Positions 49,394-62,977 of a stretch of DNA of 64,000 bases are shown here, one piece after another. The translations under genes were made by a program, and so were the position numbers. Numbering within the stretch: the first letter of the stretch is position 1; every line of letters begins with the position of its first letter. Source of the stretch: Malacoraja senta (taxonomy: Eukaryota); NCBI GenBank assembly GCA_038087875.1, contig CM075989.1, positions 22,818,001 through 22,882,000 of the forward strand, written 5' to 3'. Below the pieces are notes generated by a model. The model worked only from the letters and a program-made list of their open reading frames with translations. It did no database searches and was not told where the DNA came from.

Positions 49394-49607
49394 ACTGATT
49401 GGGGATGATCAGCCATGATCACATTGAATGGCGGTGCTGGCTCGAAGGGCCGAATGACCTACTCCTGCACCTATTATCAGCATGCCAAACGGAAAAGTAG
49501 ACTGATGTGGGAAGGAACTGCAGATGCTGCTTTACACCAAAGATAGGCACAAAGTGCTGGAGTAACTCTGCGGGACGGGCAGCATCTCTGGAGAGAAGGG
49601 AATGGGT

Positions 49608-49635
49608 GACGTTTCGGGTCAAGACCCTTCTTCAG
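49608..49635 (-). ncRNA. Minimal hammerhead-like motif in a PLE fragment (about 49507-49637)
   Basis: Minus strand CUGAAGAAGGGUCUUGACCCGAAACGUC. Confidence 0.55.
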
Positions 49636-50004
49636 ACATGGCATATGAACAGCGGGAAGTACAATTCACCGGCTTCGTAAAAAGGCATGAATATTCCAAA
49701 GGTCTCAAAGGAGGTAATGGGGGGAGAGAATACAGTTTAGTTTTGAGATACAGCATGGAAACAGGCCCTTCGGTCCACCGAGTCCACACCGACCAGGCAT
49801 CACCAGTTCCATCGTTATCCCAACTTCACATCCTACTCACTTGGGGCAATTTACAGAAGTCAATTAAACTACAAAACCTGCATGTGTTTGGAGTGTGGGA
49901 GGAAACCGGTGCACCTGAAGAAAACCCACGTGGTCACATAACATATAAACTCTGTCCAGACAGCACCCATAGTCAGGATTGAACCCGGGTCTCTACGTAC
50001 GTGT

Positions 50005-50039
<35 letters not shown>

Positions 50040-51496
50040 TGTGTGTGTGTGTGTGTTCATAAGTGTGAATTTGCACTTAATGTTTCGGTTTTTAATTGTC
50101 ATGTGTACTCAGGTACAATGAATAGCTTTTGTTTGCATGCTATCCAGGCAAGTAATTGGGGTTAGGAGGGAGAGATAGATCAGCCATGATTGAATGGCGG
50201 AGTAGACTTGATGGGCTGAATGGCCTAATTTTGCTCCTATGACTTGTGACCTTAAATCAGATACTAGTCATGAGTGCAATCATGCCAAACACAAAACGGT
50301 GAGTGAAGATAAAGATGCCAGTGTGGAATATTGTTGGTAAACTATAAATAGTGATGGATTTACAAGTGGAAAATACATTTGGAGGAGCAGGGTGATTGTA
50401 TTGGATAATAGTGGATCTTCCTCTGGATCAAGCACTCAAAGAGTCGCCATGTTTCATTGCCATTCTGAGTAGGCACAAGTGTGAGCAAGCGTGAGTGTAT
50501 AAGTGTGAACATGAGTGCGATTGCAAATTCACGTGCGAGTGGGTGTTGGCATTTACACACACGTGCGTTTATATTTGTGTTTCTCTCCCTCCAGTTTGAC
50601 CTTCTTATCATCTGCCTTGTCAAGTCTCGGCCTCATTCCCTTCACACTGCTGGCAAAACTTTCTTAAACTAGTTTCAAATCTTGCTTAAATAACTACCCT
50701 ATAACTGGTGTGTTCATAAGAGCCTTTGCCACTGAAGGTGGTACAGTGGTGAACAGTTGCTGCCTTACGGCACCGGGTTCAATCCTGACTGCGGGTGCTT
50801 GTCTGTATGGAGTTTGCATGTTCTCCCTGTGAACTGCATCGGTTTTCTCCAGGTGCTCCAGTTTCCTCTCACATTCCAATGATGTGTAGGATTGTAGGTT
50901 AATTGGCTTCGGTAAAATTGTGTGTAGGATAGTGCTAGTGTAGGTGCGATCGCTGGTCGACATGGACTCGATGGGCCGAAGGGCCTGTTTCCACGCTGTA
51001 TCTCTAAAGTCACAAAGACATTCAAATAAACCTAATTGTTTCTGTGACATTGCTTAGGTGACCAGGCAGCTGTGGCCTCAATACAAAGGAGTAAAATTCA
51101 CAGGAGACACAAATAGCAAAGACAAGCAACAAACAGGCAAAGTCAAAACGTAGTTCTCATAATTTTCCAACCATAATATTTCATGATCTACAGGAGTCCT
51201 TCAAAACCAACAACTATCTCACCTTGTGGCATCTGGTTCTCCACTGACGTTCACTTTAGTTTCGTTTAGTTTGGAGATACAAAAATATTTAAGTTAAATA
51301 ATGGAAGAAGAGCGACAGCTTAATAATATAGAAGGGAATAAGAAGAAGAGGCAGCGAGTATTGAATCAAGAATCAAGTATAAAGAACCAATCGCTGCTGC
51401 GAGCAGGAGTGTGTTGGAAGCTTCATCAAGTGACACCAATGTGTCGAGTTACAAACCACAATCACGCCTCAGAGATTGCACTGGAGACCTTCAGTC

Positions 51497-51795
51497 AGGC
51501 ACGGTGGCGCAGCAGTAGAGTTGCTGCCTCACAGCGCCAGAGACCCGGGTTCCATCCTGACTACGGGTGCTGTCGATATGGAGTTTGTACATTCTCCCCG
51601 TGACCTGCGTGGGTTTTCTCCGGGTGCTCCGGTTTCCTCCCACACTCCAAAGAGGTTTGTAAGTAAACTGGCTTGGTATAAATGTAAATTGTCCCTAGTG
51701 TGTGTGGGATAGTGCAAGTGTACAGGAATCGCTGGTCGGCACGAACTTGGAGGGACGAATGGCCTGTTTCCACTCTGTATCTCCGAACTAAACTC
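51497..51795 (+). mobile_element. V-SINE, tail to tail with a minus-strand copy at 51855-52100
   Basis: Head, core and tail. Confidence 0.82.
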
Positions 51796-52656
51796 CAAGG
51801 TAGACAGAACAGTGAAGCTGCAGGAAATTTCTGACAAGCGAAAAAACAATTGTTCAGTTTAGTTTAGTTCAGTTTAGAGATTCAGCATGGAAACAGGCCC
51901 TTCGGCCCACTGAGTCCGTGTCGACCAGCGATCCCCGCACACTAACACTATCCTAAGGACAATTTACAAATTTTCCTAAGCCAATTAACCGACAAACCTG
52001 TACGTCTTTGGAATATGTGAGGAAACTGAAGCACCCGGAGAAAACCCACACAGGTCACGGGGAGAACGTGCAAACTCCGTACAGACAGCCCCCCGTAGTC
52101 GGGAAGGCAGCGTGAAGTGTAGATGGAGTCAATGGAAGGGGACGTTTCACACTTCTGTACCTCTTGCCTGATGGGAGAGAGGAGAAGAGGGAAGAACTTG
52201 TCCTTACAGTACAGAGTGGTTTTAGCGTAGGCTATTAAAAAAAAAAAATGGGAGCTTTTAACTGACACCACTGGATCAAGCCTGACCCGAAACGTCACCC
52301 ATTGCTTCTCTCCAGAGATGCTGCCTGACCCGCTGAGTTCCTCCAGCATTTGTATCTATCTTCTGCATTGTTCACTCATGTGCACAGGGCCCGACCACAT
52401 TCACCTCGTGGACAGGGAACGTTTTCTGAGACAACATTCCATACCCGCGAGGCACTGTGCCAATCAGAAGGTCCCAGCCCTGGTCATCTTTGACAGTGTG
52501 TGGCCGTCAACAGTCTTTGAATCATTTTGAAGGGCTTTTCATGATCCAAGCCATTTGAAAAGTCAAATTATTTTCTCGTGATCAAAAAATAATAAATATT
52601 TTTTTAAAAAATAGCATTAAAATCACTCGAAAGTACTAGAAATTAAGTAAACACGT

Positions 52657-52960
52657 CGGCGGCACAGTGGCACTGCTGGGAGAGTTGCTGCCTCACAGCG
52701 CTAGAGGCCCGAGTTCGATCCTGACCTCGGGTGCTGTCTGTGTGGAGTTTGCATGTTCTCCCTGTGACCGTGTGGGTTTTCTCTGGGTGCTCCGGCTTCC
52801 TCCCACATCCCAAACACACGTGGGTTTGTAGGTCAATTGGCCTTTATAAATTGCCCCTAATGGGTAGGTGAGTGGATGAGAAAGCGAGTGAACCTGGATC
52901 TAGTGCGAATGGTGATCGATGGTTGGCGTGGACCTGGTGGTGTCCGTGCTGTATCTCTAA
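52657..52960 (+). mobile_element. V-SINE (different subfamily)
   Basis: tRNA head and V-domain with a different 3' half. Confidence 0.75.
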
Positions 52961-53146
52961 GAAAGAAGATTAAGTAAAGTGAACTATTTGCCAGCTCTTG
53001 CTGTGAAATTGCCTGAAGGATTTGAGGACTGCTCATTTATTTCTCCGGAAGTACAAGAGCAGTTTGCTGGCCAAAAGAGAGGACTGCATGAACTCGCTGG
53101 GTCAGGCAGCATCAGTGGCGGGGATGGTCAGACAACATTCTGGGTC

Positions 53147-53433
53147 TTAGTTTAGAATTTTAGTTTAGTTTAGAGATACAGCGCGGAAACAGGCCCTTTG
53201 GCCCGTACCCGTACACAAGTATCCTGCACACTAGGGTCAATTTACAGAGGCTGATTAACCTACAGTATTGCACGCCTTTCAAATGTGGTAGGAAACCGGA
53301 ACACCAGGAGAAAACCCACACAGGTCACGGGAAGAACGTACAAATTCCATACAGACAGCACCCGTAGTCAGGATCGTACCCGGGTCTCTGGCGCTGTGAG
53401 GCAGCAACTCTACCGCTGTGCCACCGTGCCGCC
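53147..53433 (-). mobile_element. V-SINE (HE1-like)
   Basis: Full minus-strand copy. Confidence 0.8.
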
Positions 53434-54303
53434 CACAGAAGTTTCGGGACCGTTCTTCAGATTGATGAGTCTAAACCGTCCCGGCCTGAAACATCGATTG
53501 TCCATTCCCTCCACAGATGAATGATGCCTGACCCGCCGAGTTCCTCTGGCACTTTGTTCTTTTGCTCAGGATTGCAGCATCTCCAGTTTCTTGTGTCTCG
53601 ACGATGTGATGGCGTTTGAGCACACAATGCATGTTTTAAACTCACAGCCGTGCTTTCCTGCACACAGTCCAACCTTCGCATGCACGGCCCAGTCTGCAAA
53701 ACCATTGCTTGGTTTCACTCTGATTTTTCTGACAGAGTTTTCATGCCAGTGTAATTAAAACCACATTGGGGAGAATCTTTCCAACTCCATCAGTCGGCCC
53801 TGTCAGAAACAGCTCGAGACCAGGAGGGCAAGGAGCAGAAACAGGTGGATTATTTTGTGTTTTTATTTGCCACACCGGAAAGACTGTGCTGCCGGGAGTC
53901 TGCTTTGCAATCAGCGTGCACAGTGACCTTTGGCCCACACGCCAGGTTTAAGCAAGAACTCGACGCCCATCAATTTAAGCCATAAAATGTAGCTGTCCCG
54001 CGTGTTAATGAGGGAAGACGTAGCTAATAAAGTTGTTCCCGTGTTGCAGTGATTTCTAAACTTTCTCCGGGCGCTCCAGTTTCCTCCCACAATCCCAAAG
54101 ACGTACAGGTTTGTACTTTGAATTGGCTTCTGTAAATTATCCCTAGTGTGTGGGATAGAACTAGTGCATGGGTAATTGCTGGATGGCCAGCACAGACTTA
54201 GTGGGCTGTTTCCAGGTTGTCTCTCTAACCTAAACTAAAAACTAAACTAACTAAAAACAAATCAAACTTACTTCCAAACTAACGACCAAAAACGACACTA
54301 AAA

Positions 54304-54602
54304 ACGAAACTGTCCCACTGTACGAGGTAATTCAAGAGTTCTCCCGAGTTTCCCCTGATTCGAACTCGGAGAATTACGGTAATAGCCGCTCGTGGGTACT
54401 CGTGGACATTTTTCAACGTTGAAAAATCTTCACGAGCTAACAGCGTTTCCCGAGTACCTGCCGTTAGCGTTACGAGCCGCTAAGAGACGTCCCGAGCTCC
54501 GACATACCCGCTACGTACATTCTACATACCTACCACGAGTTTGATTTTTTTTTTTAAACTCGGGAGAGCTCTTGAATTACCTCGTACAGTGGGACAGCCC
54601 GT
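54304..54602. mobile_element. Harbinger-like MITE related to 2686-2983
   Basis: Inverted arms ctgtcccactgtacgaggtaattcaagag/ctcttgaattacctcgtacagtgggacag. TAA follows the right end. Left tip degenerate. Confidence 0.75.
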
Positions 54603-57515
54603 TAAACTAAACTAGCTGAGGTGTCTGCCTGAAATTTCTTTCAGCTGTGAATTTGATTTATTCTGGCAGTGTGAGTGTCCCCGGACAAGGCCAGCATTTA
54701 TTGGTCATTCCCTCACTGCCCTCCAAGTGTTGCTGCTGCCTTCTCCCTGACCCACGATGTCGGGATAACTTTGAAGAGCGTCAATGTCTGCTGAGAGAAC
54801 AGAGCAGGTCCTTCAAAACAAACTCACACATTCAGCAACGTTCTGGACCCTAGATTGTAGATCCAAGATCCCCAAAGACAAGGTGGGAGGAGAGAGTGGT
54901 GGGTGTATTACCATAAGACATAGGAGCAGAATTAGGCCATTCGGCCCATCAAGTCTACTCCGCCATTCAATCAAGGCTGATCTAACACACCCTCCTAACC
55001 CCAGTCTCCTGCCTTCTCCCCATAACCCCCAACACCCATACTAATCAAGGGTAGTTTTAGTGCCTGGGGATCGCTGGTCGGCACGGACTCGCTGGCCGAA
55101 TGGCCAGTTTCCGCGCCGTATCTCTAAAGAACAAGGACACCATTTTGATTTTATGGAGTCAAATAACAGGCTTGGCCAAGCCCGGTCTTGCAGTACTCGT
55201 CTCCGATGTGAAATAGGCAGCCGTCACTGCAAACTCTTATTAAGGAATGAAAGACCACAGTAGGTTCCCAAAGTCCTCGCATGGTCGGTGCCCTTTATGA
55301 CACTTTTTTTTTTTTTTTAATTGATTGCAAAGACTGTTAGAAAGGCCTATTGTAACCATGAAACACATCTGTGAGCAAATGCTGCCCTGCTGTATAAACA
55401 CTTGCTAAAGTGGCTTGGAGCAACTCACACAACCTTCCAGATCTAACCCAATGAGCAAAATAAATATTTTATTTGCTCAATTAACTCGAGAAGTTTTCTT
55501 TTGTTTTGATAGTGTTTGGTTTTCTCAAATAACATCATGCTTTCAACCAATACTCAGAGATTATGTTTTGAAAGACTATTTAAATTATCCCTCAGAGAAT
55601 TTAGCTGGGTTAATGATAAAGTAAGTGGGTTAAAGATATATAAAACTGTGAAAAGATACATTTCATAGAAATGCATCAAGGGTGATTAATTCGCATTTAT
55701 AGAGTCACACAGCATGGAAACAGGCCCTTCGGCCCAACACCGACCAACATGCCCCATCTACACTAGTCCCACTTGCATGCGTTTGGCCCTTATCATTCTC
55801 AACCTGTCCTATCCATGAGCCTGTCTCAATGGTTCTTAAACATTGTGATAGTACCTACCTCAACTACCTCCTCCGGCAGCTCTTTCTACAGTTCATTGTT
55901 ATCTATGAACTATTGTGGAGGTTTAGTGCAATGAGTCTAAAGAGGCTGATACAGTGTGGTATTGGGAGCACTAAATCATGTTGATAAGTTATAGCAGCAG
56001 ATTTAGGCCATTCAGCCCATCGTCTACTCCACCATTCAACCATGGCTGATCTATCTTTCCCTCTCATTCCCTTCCCATTCTCCAGCCTTCTCCCCATAAC
56101 CCCTGACATCATCTGGAATACCAGCTTATAGATGAGGCAAGGAACTTGGGCCCCATTCAATTTTCCAGCTAGACATAAAATATTGACTGGCACCAAATAT
56201 CTGGGAAGATTTCCGTTTAGTGGTAAAGCACAGAAACAGGCCAGTCAGCCCAGCGAGTCCATGCTGATCATCATTCACACTATTCCTATGTTATCCAACG
56301 TTTGCATCCACTCCCTACATCCTAGATGTCACTTTCTCCCAGCTCCCATACACGAGTTCTATCCTACACACATGAGGGACAATGTACAAAAGACAGTTAA
56401 CCTACAAACCCGCACGTCTTTGATGTGGGAGGAAACTGGAGAACCCGGAGAAAACCCACGTGGTCCACATGGACAATGTACATTGCCGTGGTTACATACG
56501 TGTGGGTTTTGTCTGGGTGCTCCAGGTTCCTCTCGCCATCCCAATGACGTACAGGTTTGTAGGTTAATTGGCTTCTGTAAATTGTCCCTAGTCTGCGGAG
56601 GATGGAACTAGCGCAAGGGAGAGACCACTGGTTGGCACGGACACAGCGGGTCGAAGGGCTTCTTTCCATGCTGTATCTCTAAACTAAACTCGTCATTCAG
56701 ATATCCACCTGAAGTGCCGGCAGCGAAGATAATGCTCCTTCGACTATTTTGAGTCATACAGCTTGGAAATAGGCCCTTCAGCCCAACTTGCCCATGCCGA
56801 CCAACGTGTACAGGTGTCAGGGGTTATGGGGAGAAGGCAGGAGAATGGGGTTAGGAGGGAGAGATAGATCAGCCATGATTGAATGGCGGAGTAGACTTGA
56901 TGGGCCGAATGGCCTAATTCTACTCCTATTCCTTATGACCCTCTCCAGAGGCAGCACATCCTTCGTCAGATATAGGGCACAAAACTGCTCACAATTCTCC
57001 AAACGTGGCCTCACCAACATCTTGTAAAGCCTCAGCAAGGTATCTATTTCTTGATGGGCTGAATGGCCTAACTCTTCTCCTATCACACGATCTTTTGACC
57101 TTAGGTCCCATCTGCATGCGTTTGGCCCACATCCCTCCAAACCGGTCCTATCCATGTACCTGTCTAAATGTTTCTTGAATGGTGTGATAGTTAGTCACTG
57201 CCTCAACTACCACCTCTGGTTTAATCAGTTATTTCAGTAACTACAATATTTTGGTGATAGAATCCTGCCATTGCCAGATTACGCAGCAGCAATGTGCTTT
57301 CAGCTGATGCATTTGCCCGTTCTGATCACCAACGTGGGAGTCAAACAAGCCCTCACACGAGTGAAAACAATTTGCCAAGCTTGAGTAAAACCAGCATCCG
57401 CTCACCTGAAAAAGCAACGTTAAAACCTTTAGCTTAGTTTATAGATACAGTGTGGAAACAGGCCCTTCGACCCACCGAGTCCATGCTGACCAGCGATCCC
57501 CGCACACTAACACTA

Positions 57516-58224
57516 AGTCCTGTTTATATCAACGGGTCGATGGTTGAAAGGGTCAAGAGCTTCAAATTCCTGGGCGTGCACATCTCTGAAGATCTTTCCT
57601 GGTCCGAGAACACTGATGCCATTATTAAGAAAGCACATCAGCGCCTCTACTTCCTGAGAAGATTACGGAGAGTCGGTTTGTCAAGGAGGACTCTCTCTAA
57701 CTTCTACAGGTGCACAGTAGAGAGCATGCTGACCGGTTGCATCGTGGCTTGGTTCGGCAACTTGAGTGCCCTGGAGAGGAAAAGACTACAAAAAGTAGTA
57801 AACACTGCCCAGTCCATCATTGGCTCTGACCTCCCTTCCATCGAGGGGATCTACCAGTCGCTGCCTCAAAAAGGCTGGCAGCATCATCAAGGACCCACAC
57901 CATCCTGGCCACACACTCATCTCCCCGCTACCTTCAGGTAGAAGGTACAGGAGCCTGAAGACTGCAACGACCAGGTTCAGGAACAGCTACTTCCCCACAG
58001 CCATCAGGCTATTAAACCTGGCTCGGACATAACACTGAACTTTACTAGCCAATACTGTTATTTGCACTTTATCAGTATATTGACCATTGTGTATATATTA
58101 TAGAATGCCTTGTAGTCAATGCCTACTATGTTCTGTTGTGCTCAAGCAAAGCAAGAATTTCATTGTCCTACCAGGGACACATGACAATAAACTCACTTGA
58201 CTTGACTAGACTTGACTTGACTTG
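57516..58224 (+). mobile_element. Rex/Babar-clade LINE 3' end inserted into a V-SINE (57428-57515 and 58225-58443)
   Basis: VERVKSFKFLGVHIS.DLSW..NT..IIKKA.QRLYFLRRLR...FYRCTVES.LTGCI.AWFGN. One frameshift. (CTTGA)n tail. Confidence 0.85.
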
Positions 58225-58921
58225 ACTATCCCACACACACTAGGCACAGTTTACAATTCTAACCAAAGCCAATTGACCTATGAACCTGTACGTCTTTGGA
58301 GTGTGGGAGGAAACCGGAGCCCCCGGAGAAAACCCACGCAGGTTACGGGGAGAAGGTACAAACTCCGTACAGACAGCGCCCATAGTCGGGATCGAAACCC
58401 GGGTCTCTGGCGCTGTGAGGCAGCAACTCTACCGCTGCGCCACCTAACAATCAACAGAAACAGACCAAGGGGACTGTACACACACACACACACACAATGC
58501 ACCTGCAAAGATAAACGGTGATGCAGTCAACAAGGTGCTGTGGCATTTAATTATTTCACCAGGTCATTATCCCTTTATTAGCCAACCACCTCAGATCCAC
58601 TGTGTCTTTGCCGTGCTGCACATCCCAAGCTGTGCTCAGCTCAAACCACAAATAGGTCTCCACAATGAAGGCCCTGCATGATCCGAGTGGCTGCACTGCC
58701 ATCTACTGAACTATGACGGTAAACAGAAAGAGCCGTTGGAATCAAGAATCCGGGTGGCACAGCGGTAGAGTTGCTGCCTCGCAACGCCAGAGACCCGAGC
58801 TTGATCCTGACGGCAGGTACCGTCTGTATGGAGTTTGTACGTTCTCCCCGTGACCCGCGTGGGTTTTCTCCGGGTGCTCCGGTTTCCTCCCACACTCCAA
58901 AGACGTGGATGTTTGTAGGTT

Positions 58922-59244
58922 TAGTTTAGTTTAAAGGTACAGCACAGCGCGGAAACAGGCCCTTCGGCCCACCGGGTCCGTGCCGACCAGCAACCCCACC
59001 CACATTAACACTATCCTACACCCACTAGGGACAATTTTTACATTTACCAAGCCAATTAACCTACAAACCTGTACGTCTCTGGAGTGTGGGAGGAAACCAA
59101 AGATCTCGGAGAAAACCACGCAGGTCACGGGGAGAACGTGCAAACTCCGTACAGACAGCACCCGTAGTCAGGATCGAACCCAGGTCTCCGGCGCTGCATT
59201 CGCTGTAAGGCAGCAACTCTACCGCTGCGCCACCGTGATCGCCC
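58922..59244 (-). mobile_element. V-SINE inserted in inverted orientation inside another V-SINE (58755-59350)
   Basis: The host SINE resumes after the insert. AGGTT is duplicated at 58917-58921 and 59245-59249. Confidence 0.82.
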
Positions 59245-60976
59245 AGGTTAATTGGTTTGGTATTATTGTAAATTGTCCCTAGTGTGTACAGGATAGTGCT
59301 AGTGTGTGTGGATTGATGGTCGGCAGGGACTCGGTGGGGAGAAGGGCTTACTGCTGAAGTCTAAAAGTTTAAAGTCTGAAGACTGGCATAGATGGGGCAT
59401 CTTGGTCAGCATGGGCAAGGTGGGCCGATGGGCATTTCCGTGACACTATAAAAAAAAATCCAATTTTAGTTTTCCCTAAAGAGCGCTGATGAAATTTAGG
59501 TCATCCAAACACAAACGCATCCTCTTGATTAACTGGTCCGCCAAAGCTGAAACCCATTCCCATCTGCAGAGCAAGGGATGCAATGTAACCCCTCTCACCT
59601 GCAAGTTGTAACACGCGCGGTAACAGAGAGATCATGCAAACTCCGTATAGACAGCACCCGCAGTCAGGAGGGTTGCCAAATTTCAGCAAAGTTTTGCCCA
59701 AAAGGTTCTGGTAGATTAACTTTTCGTAGATTAGCTGAAAGTTAACGCTTTCAATTTTGTTCAAAGCTGTAAGTGCAGCAGGTATTTTGCACCATAAAGT
59801 GCAAAGATAATGAAACGAAAATGCTTTCAATCCTCAGCCTTCCTCTGACCTATCCGCAGATGCTGCCTGACCTGCTGATTGTTTCCAGCGGACTTCACTC
59901 GTTCCTTTAAACAGTTAAACTTTAAAGAAAGTGGTGTTGGTCTTTATAATGGAGATGCATGCTGGTCAATTGGGCCTGGATAGAGTGGATGTGGCGAGGG
60001 TTATTCCACTAAGTGGGTGAATCTAGGACAGGAGGTCATAACCTTCGGAATAAAAGAGCATACCTTTAGAAAGAAGTGGGGAGGAATTTTTTTAGTCGGG
60101 GGTGGTGAATCTGTGGAAATCATTGCCACAGAAGGCTGTGGATGCCAAGTCAGTAGATATTTTTAAGGCAGAGATAGATAGATTCTTGATTAGTACAGGT
60201 GTCAGGGGTTATGGGGAGAAGGCAGGAGAATGGGGTTGGGAGGGAGAGATGGATCAGGCATGATTGAATGGCGGAGTAGACTTGATGGGCCGAATGGCCT
60301 AATTCTGCTCCCTTCACCTATGAAAATGCCTTTGCGATGTTTTGTGGAGTTTTTTTTTGTTCTTTCAATGCTACCGAATGCCAGGAGATCAGCATGTGGA
60401 CTAACGTGTGGTGAGAGCGAGCATGCACGTACAGGGTGAGGAAGTGCAGGCTTATGAACGAGCTGTGGTTTTTGCCGGGTTTGGCAAATCATCCCAGAGT
60501 CCTGCGTCTGTTTCAACAACTGTCTGTCAACTGAGGAATTATGAAGCTACGAAACGGAAGGGAGAAAATGCTATGATAGCATGCAGAAGCAACGCAGTTT
60601 TTGTTTCCTGTAATCCTTATTTAGCTCCATGTCAGTAAACTATTATTAAATGACTAAAATTATACATCTGCCACACGTAATTCTTTCTGTGAAATCTCTG
60701 CCTGCTGTGCACTCAATGTTGCCAAATTTCAGCAAAGCTTTGCCCAAATCTTGGGAAGATTAACTTTTTGCAGATTAGTGGGTAGCTACGCTTACAATTT
60801 TGTTTTGAATAGTGACTGTTTTGCAATATAATAGTCCACAGTCATGTACTTATACGTACAACCCGCTCATTAGACTTTACTTTAGAGATACAGCCCCGAG
60901 TCCGTGCCGACCAGCGCCATGCGCCAGCACATGCGACCCCATGCGCCAGCACATGCCTGCACATGAGGCCAAGTGT

Positions 60977-61457
60977 GATTGATCCCTGGGATGGCGGGAC
61001 TGTCATATGAGGAAAGATTGAAAAGACTAGGCTTGTATTCACTGGAGTTTAGAAGGATGAGGGGGGATCTTATAGAAACATATAAAATTATAAAGGACTG
61101 GACAAGCTAGATGCAGGAAAAATGTTCCCAATGTTGGGTGAGTCCAGAACCAGGGGCCACAGTCTTAGAATAAAGGGGAGGTCATTAAGCTGTGGTGAGA
61201 AAAAACTTTTTCACCCAGAGAGTTGTGAATTTATGGAATTCCCTGCCACAGAGGGCAGTGGAGGCCAAGTCACTGGATGCATTTAAGGGAGAGTTAGATA
61301 GAGCTCTAGGGGCTAGTGGAGTCAAAGGATATGGGGAGAAGGCAGGCACGGGTTATTGATAGGGGACGAACAGCCATGATCGCAATGAATGGCGGTGCTG
61401 GCTCGAAGGGCCGAATGGCCTCCTCCTGCACCTATTTTCTATGTTTCTATGTTTCTA
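60977..61457 (+). mobile_element. CR1 LINE 3' fragment
   Basis: IPGMAGLSYEERL..LGLYSLEFRRMRGDLIETYK and (TTTCTATG)n tail. Confidence 0.88.
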
Positions 61458-62102
61458 AGTAACCGAAGCCAAGTATCCTACAAACCTGTACGTCTTTGGA
61501 GTGTGGGAGGAAACCGGAGCACCTGGAGAAAACCCATTCAGTCACAGGAAGAACATGCAAACTCCACACAGACAACACCAGTAGTCAGAATCGAACCTGG
61601 GTTTCTGGCGCTGCAAGGCAGCAACTCTACCGCTGCGCCACCATGCTGCCCTATACAGACACCTCCCTCCACACACATCACATGCAGCAAGACAACAGGC
61701 CCTTCAGCCCAATTTGTCCATGTTGACCAAGTGCCCATCTCAGCGAGTCTCTGTTTGACCCATATGACTGGAGACTTTTCTATCCATGAACCTGCCCTAA
61801 CGTCTTTTCAATGCTGTTGTTATACCTGGCTCAGACCTCCAACAGGCTGCAGTAGAGCGACAAGCTACAAATGAAGGGGTACAATTTCAAGAGGTTGAGA
61901 GTTTGGAAATTGGGGTGCAGAGTTGGATTGAGAAGTACAAGTGGTGGCAGGGGTAGGATGGGGAGAATGAAACCAAGGAGAGCATGCAAGTAGCAAAGGG
62001 TTGGAAAGAAATTCACAAGACAGCAAGTGTAATAGGGAAAAGCGATCAAAAATACGTCAAGGTCCAATTGACCAAATGTGAAGCTACAAGGCCAGCAAGT
62101 GG

Positions 62103-62385
62103 CGGCACAGTGGTGCAGCGGTAGAGTTGCTGCCTCACAGCACCAGACACCCGGGTTCCATCCTAACCTCGGGTGCTATCTGTGTGGAGTTTGTACGTTC
62201 TCCCCGTGACCTGCGTGGGTTTTCTCCAGGTGCTCCAGTTTCCTCCCACACTCCAAAGACGTACAGGTTTGTAGGTTAATTGGCTTGTTATAATTGTAAT
62301 TGGTATAATAGTAAATAGTCCCGAGTGTGCCGGATAGTGTTAGTGTGCGGGGATCGCTGGTCGGCACGGACTCGTGCGCTGAAGG
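62103..62385 (+). mobile_element. V-SINE (HE1-like)
   Basis: Head and core present. Confidence 0.8.
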
Positions 62386-62977
62386 ACCCAGGACAAGTTA
62401 TAGGATTAGAATTAGGCCATTCAGCCCATCGAGTCTACTCCACCATTCTATCATGGCTGATCTCTGCCTCCTAATCCCATTCTCCTGCCTTCTCCCCATA
62501 ACCCTTGACACCCGTTCTAATCAAGAATTTGTCTATCTCTGCCTTAAAAATATCCACTGCCGGCCTCCACAGCCCTCTGTGGCAATGAGTTCCACAGGTT
62601 AACTACCCTTTGACTAGAGATTAGAGAGATTAGAGAGATTAGAGAGATTCCTTTATTCCTAAAGTTCCTCCTCACCTCCTTTCTAAAAGAGCGCCATTGA
62701 ATTCTGAGGCTGTGACCTCTGCTCCTAGACTCTCCCACCAGTGGAAACATCCTCTCCACATCCACTCTATCCAAGCCTTTCATTATTCTGTAAGTTTCAA
62801 CGACTCATACTCCTGATGTTGACAGCGTGATATTTTACATTGATCAATGATATAACCTTGGCAAATACATTCACTTCAGCCATGACAAACAAGGATTCAT
62901 CTTTTATTATATGCACAGTGATCTGAGACTTGTGCAGTTACCATGGTGCAGTGTTAAGCCTAACCTAACCAAGCTGA

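Noticed and set aside
62617..62648. Telomere-like repeat
   Set aside because: It is a 9-bp ttagagaga slippage repeat within a CR1 fragment, not TTAGGG.
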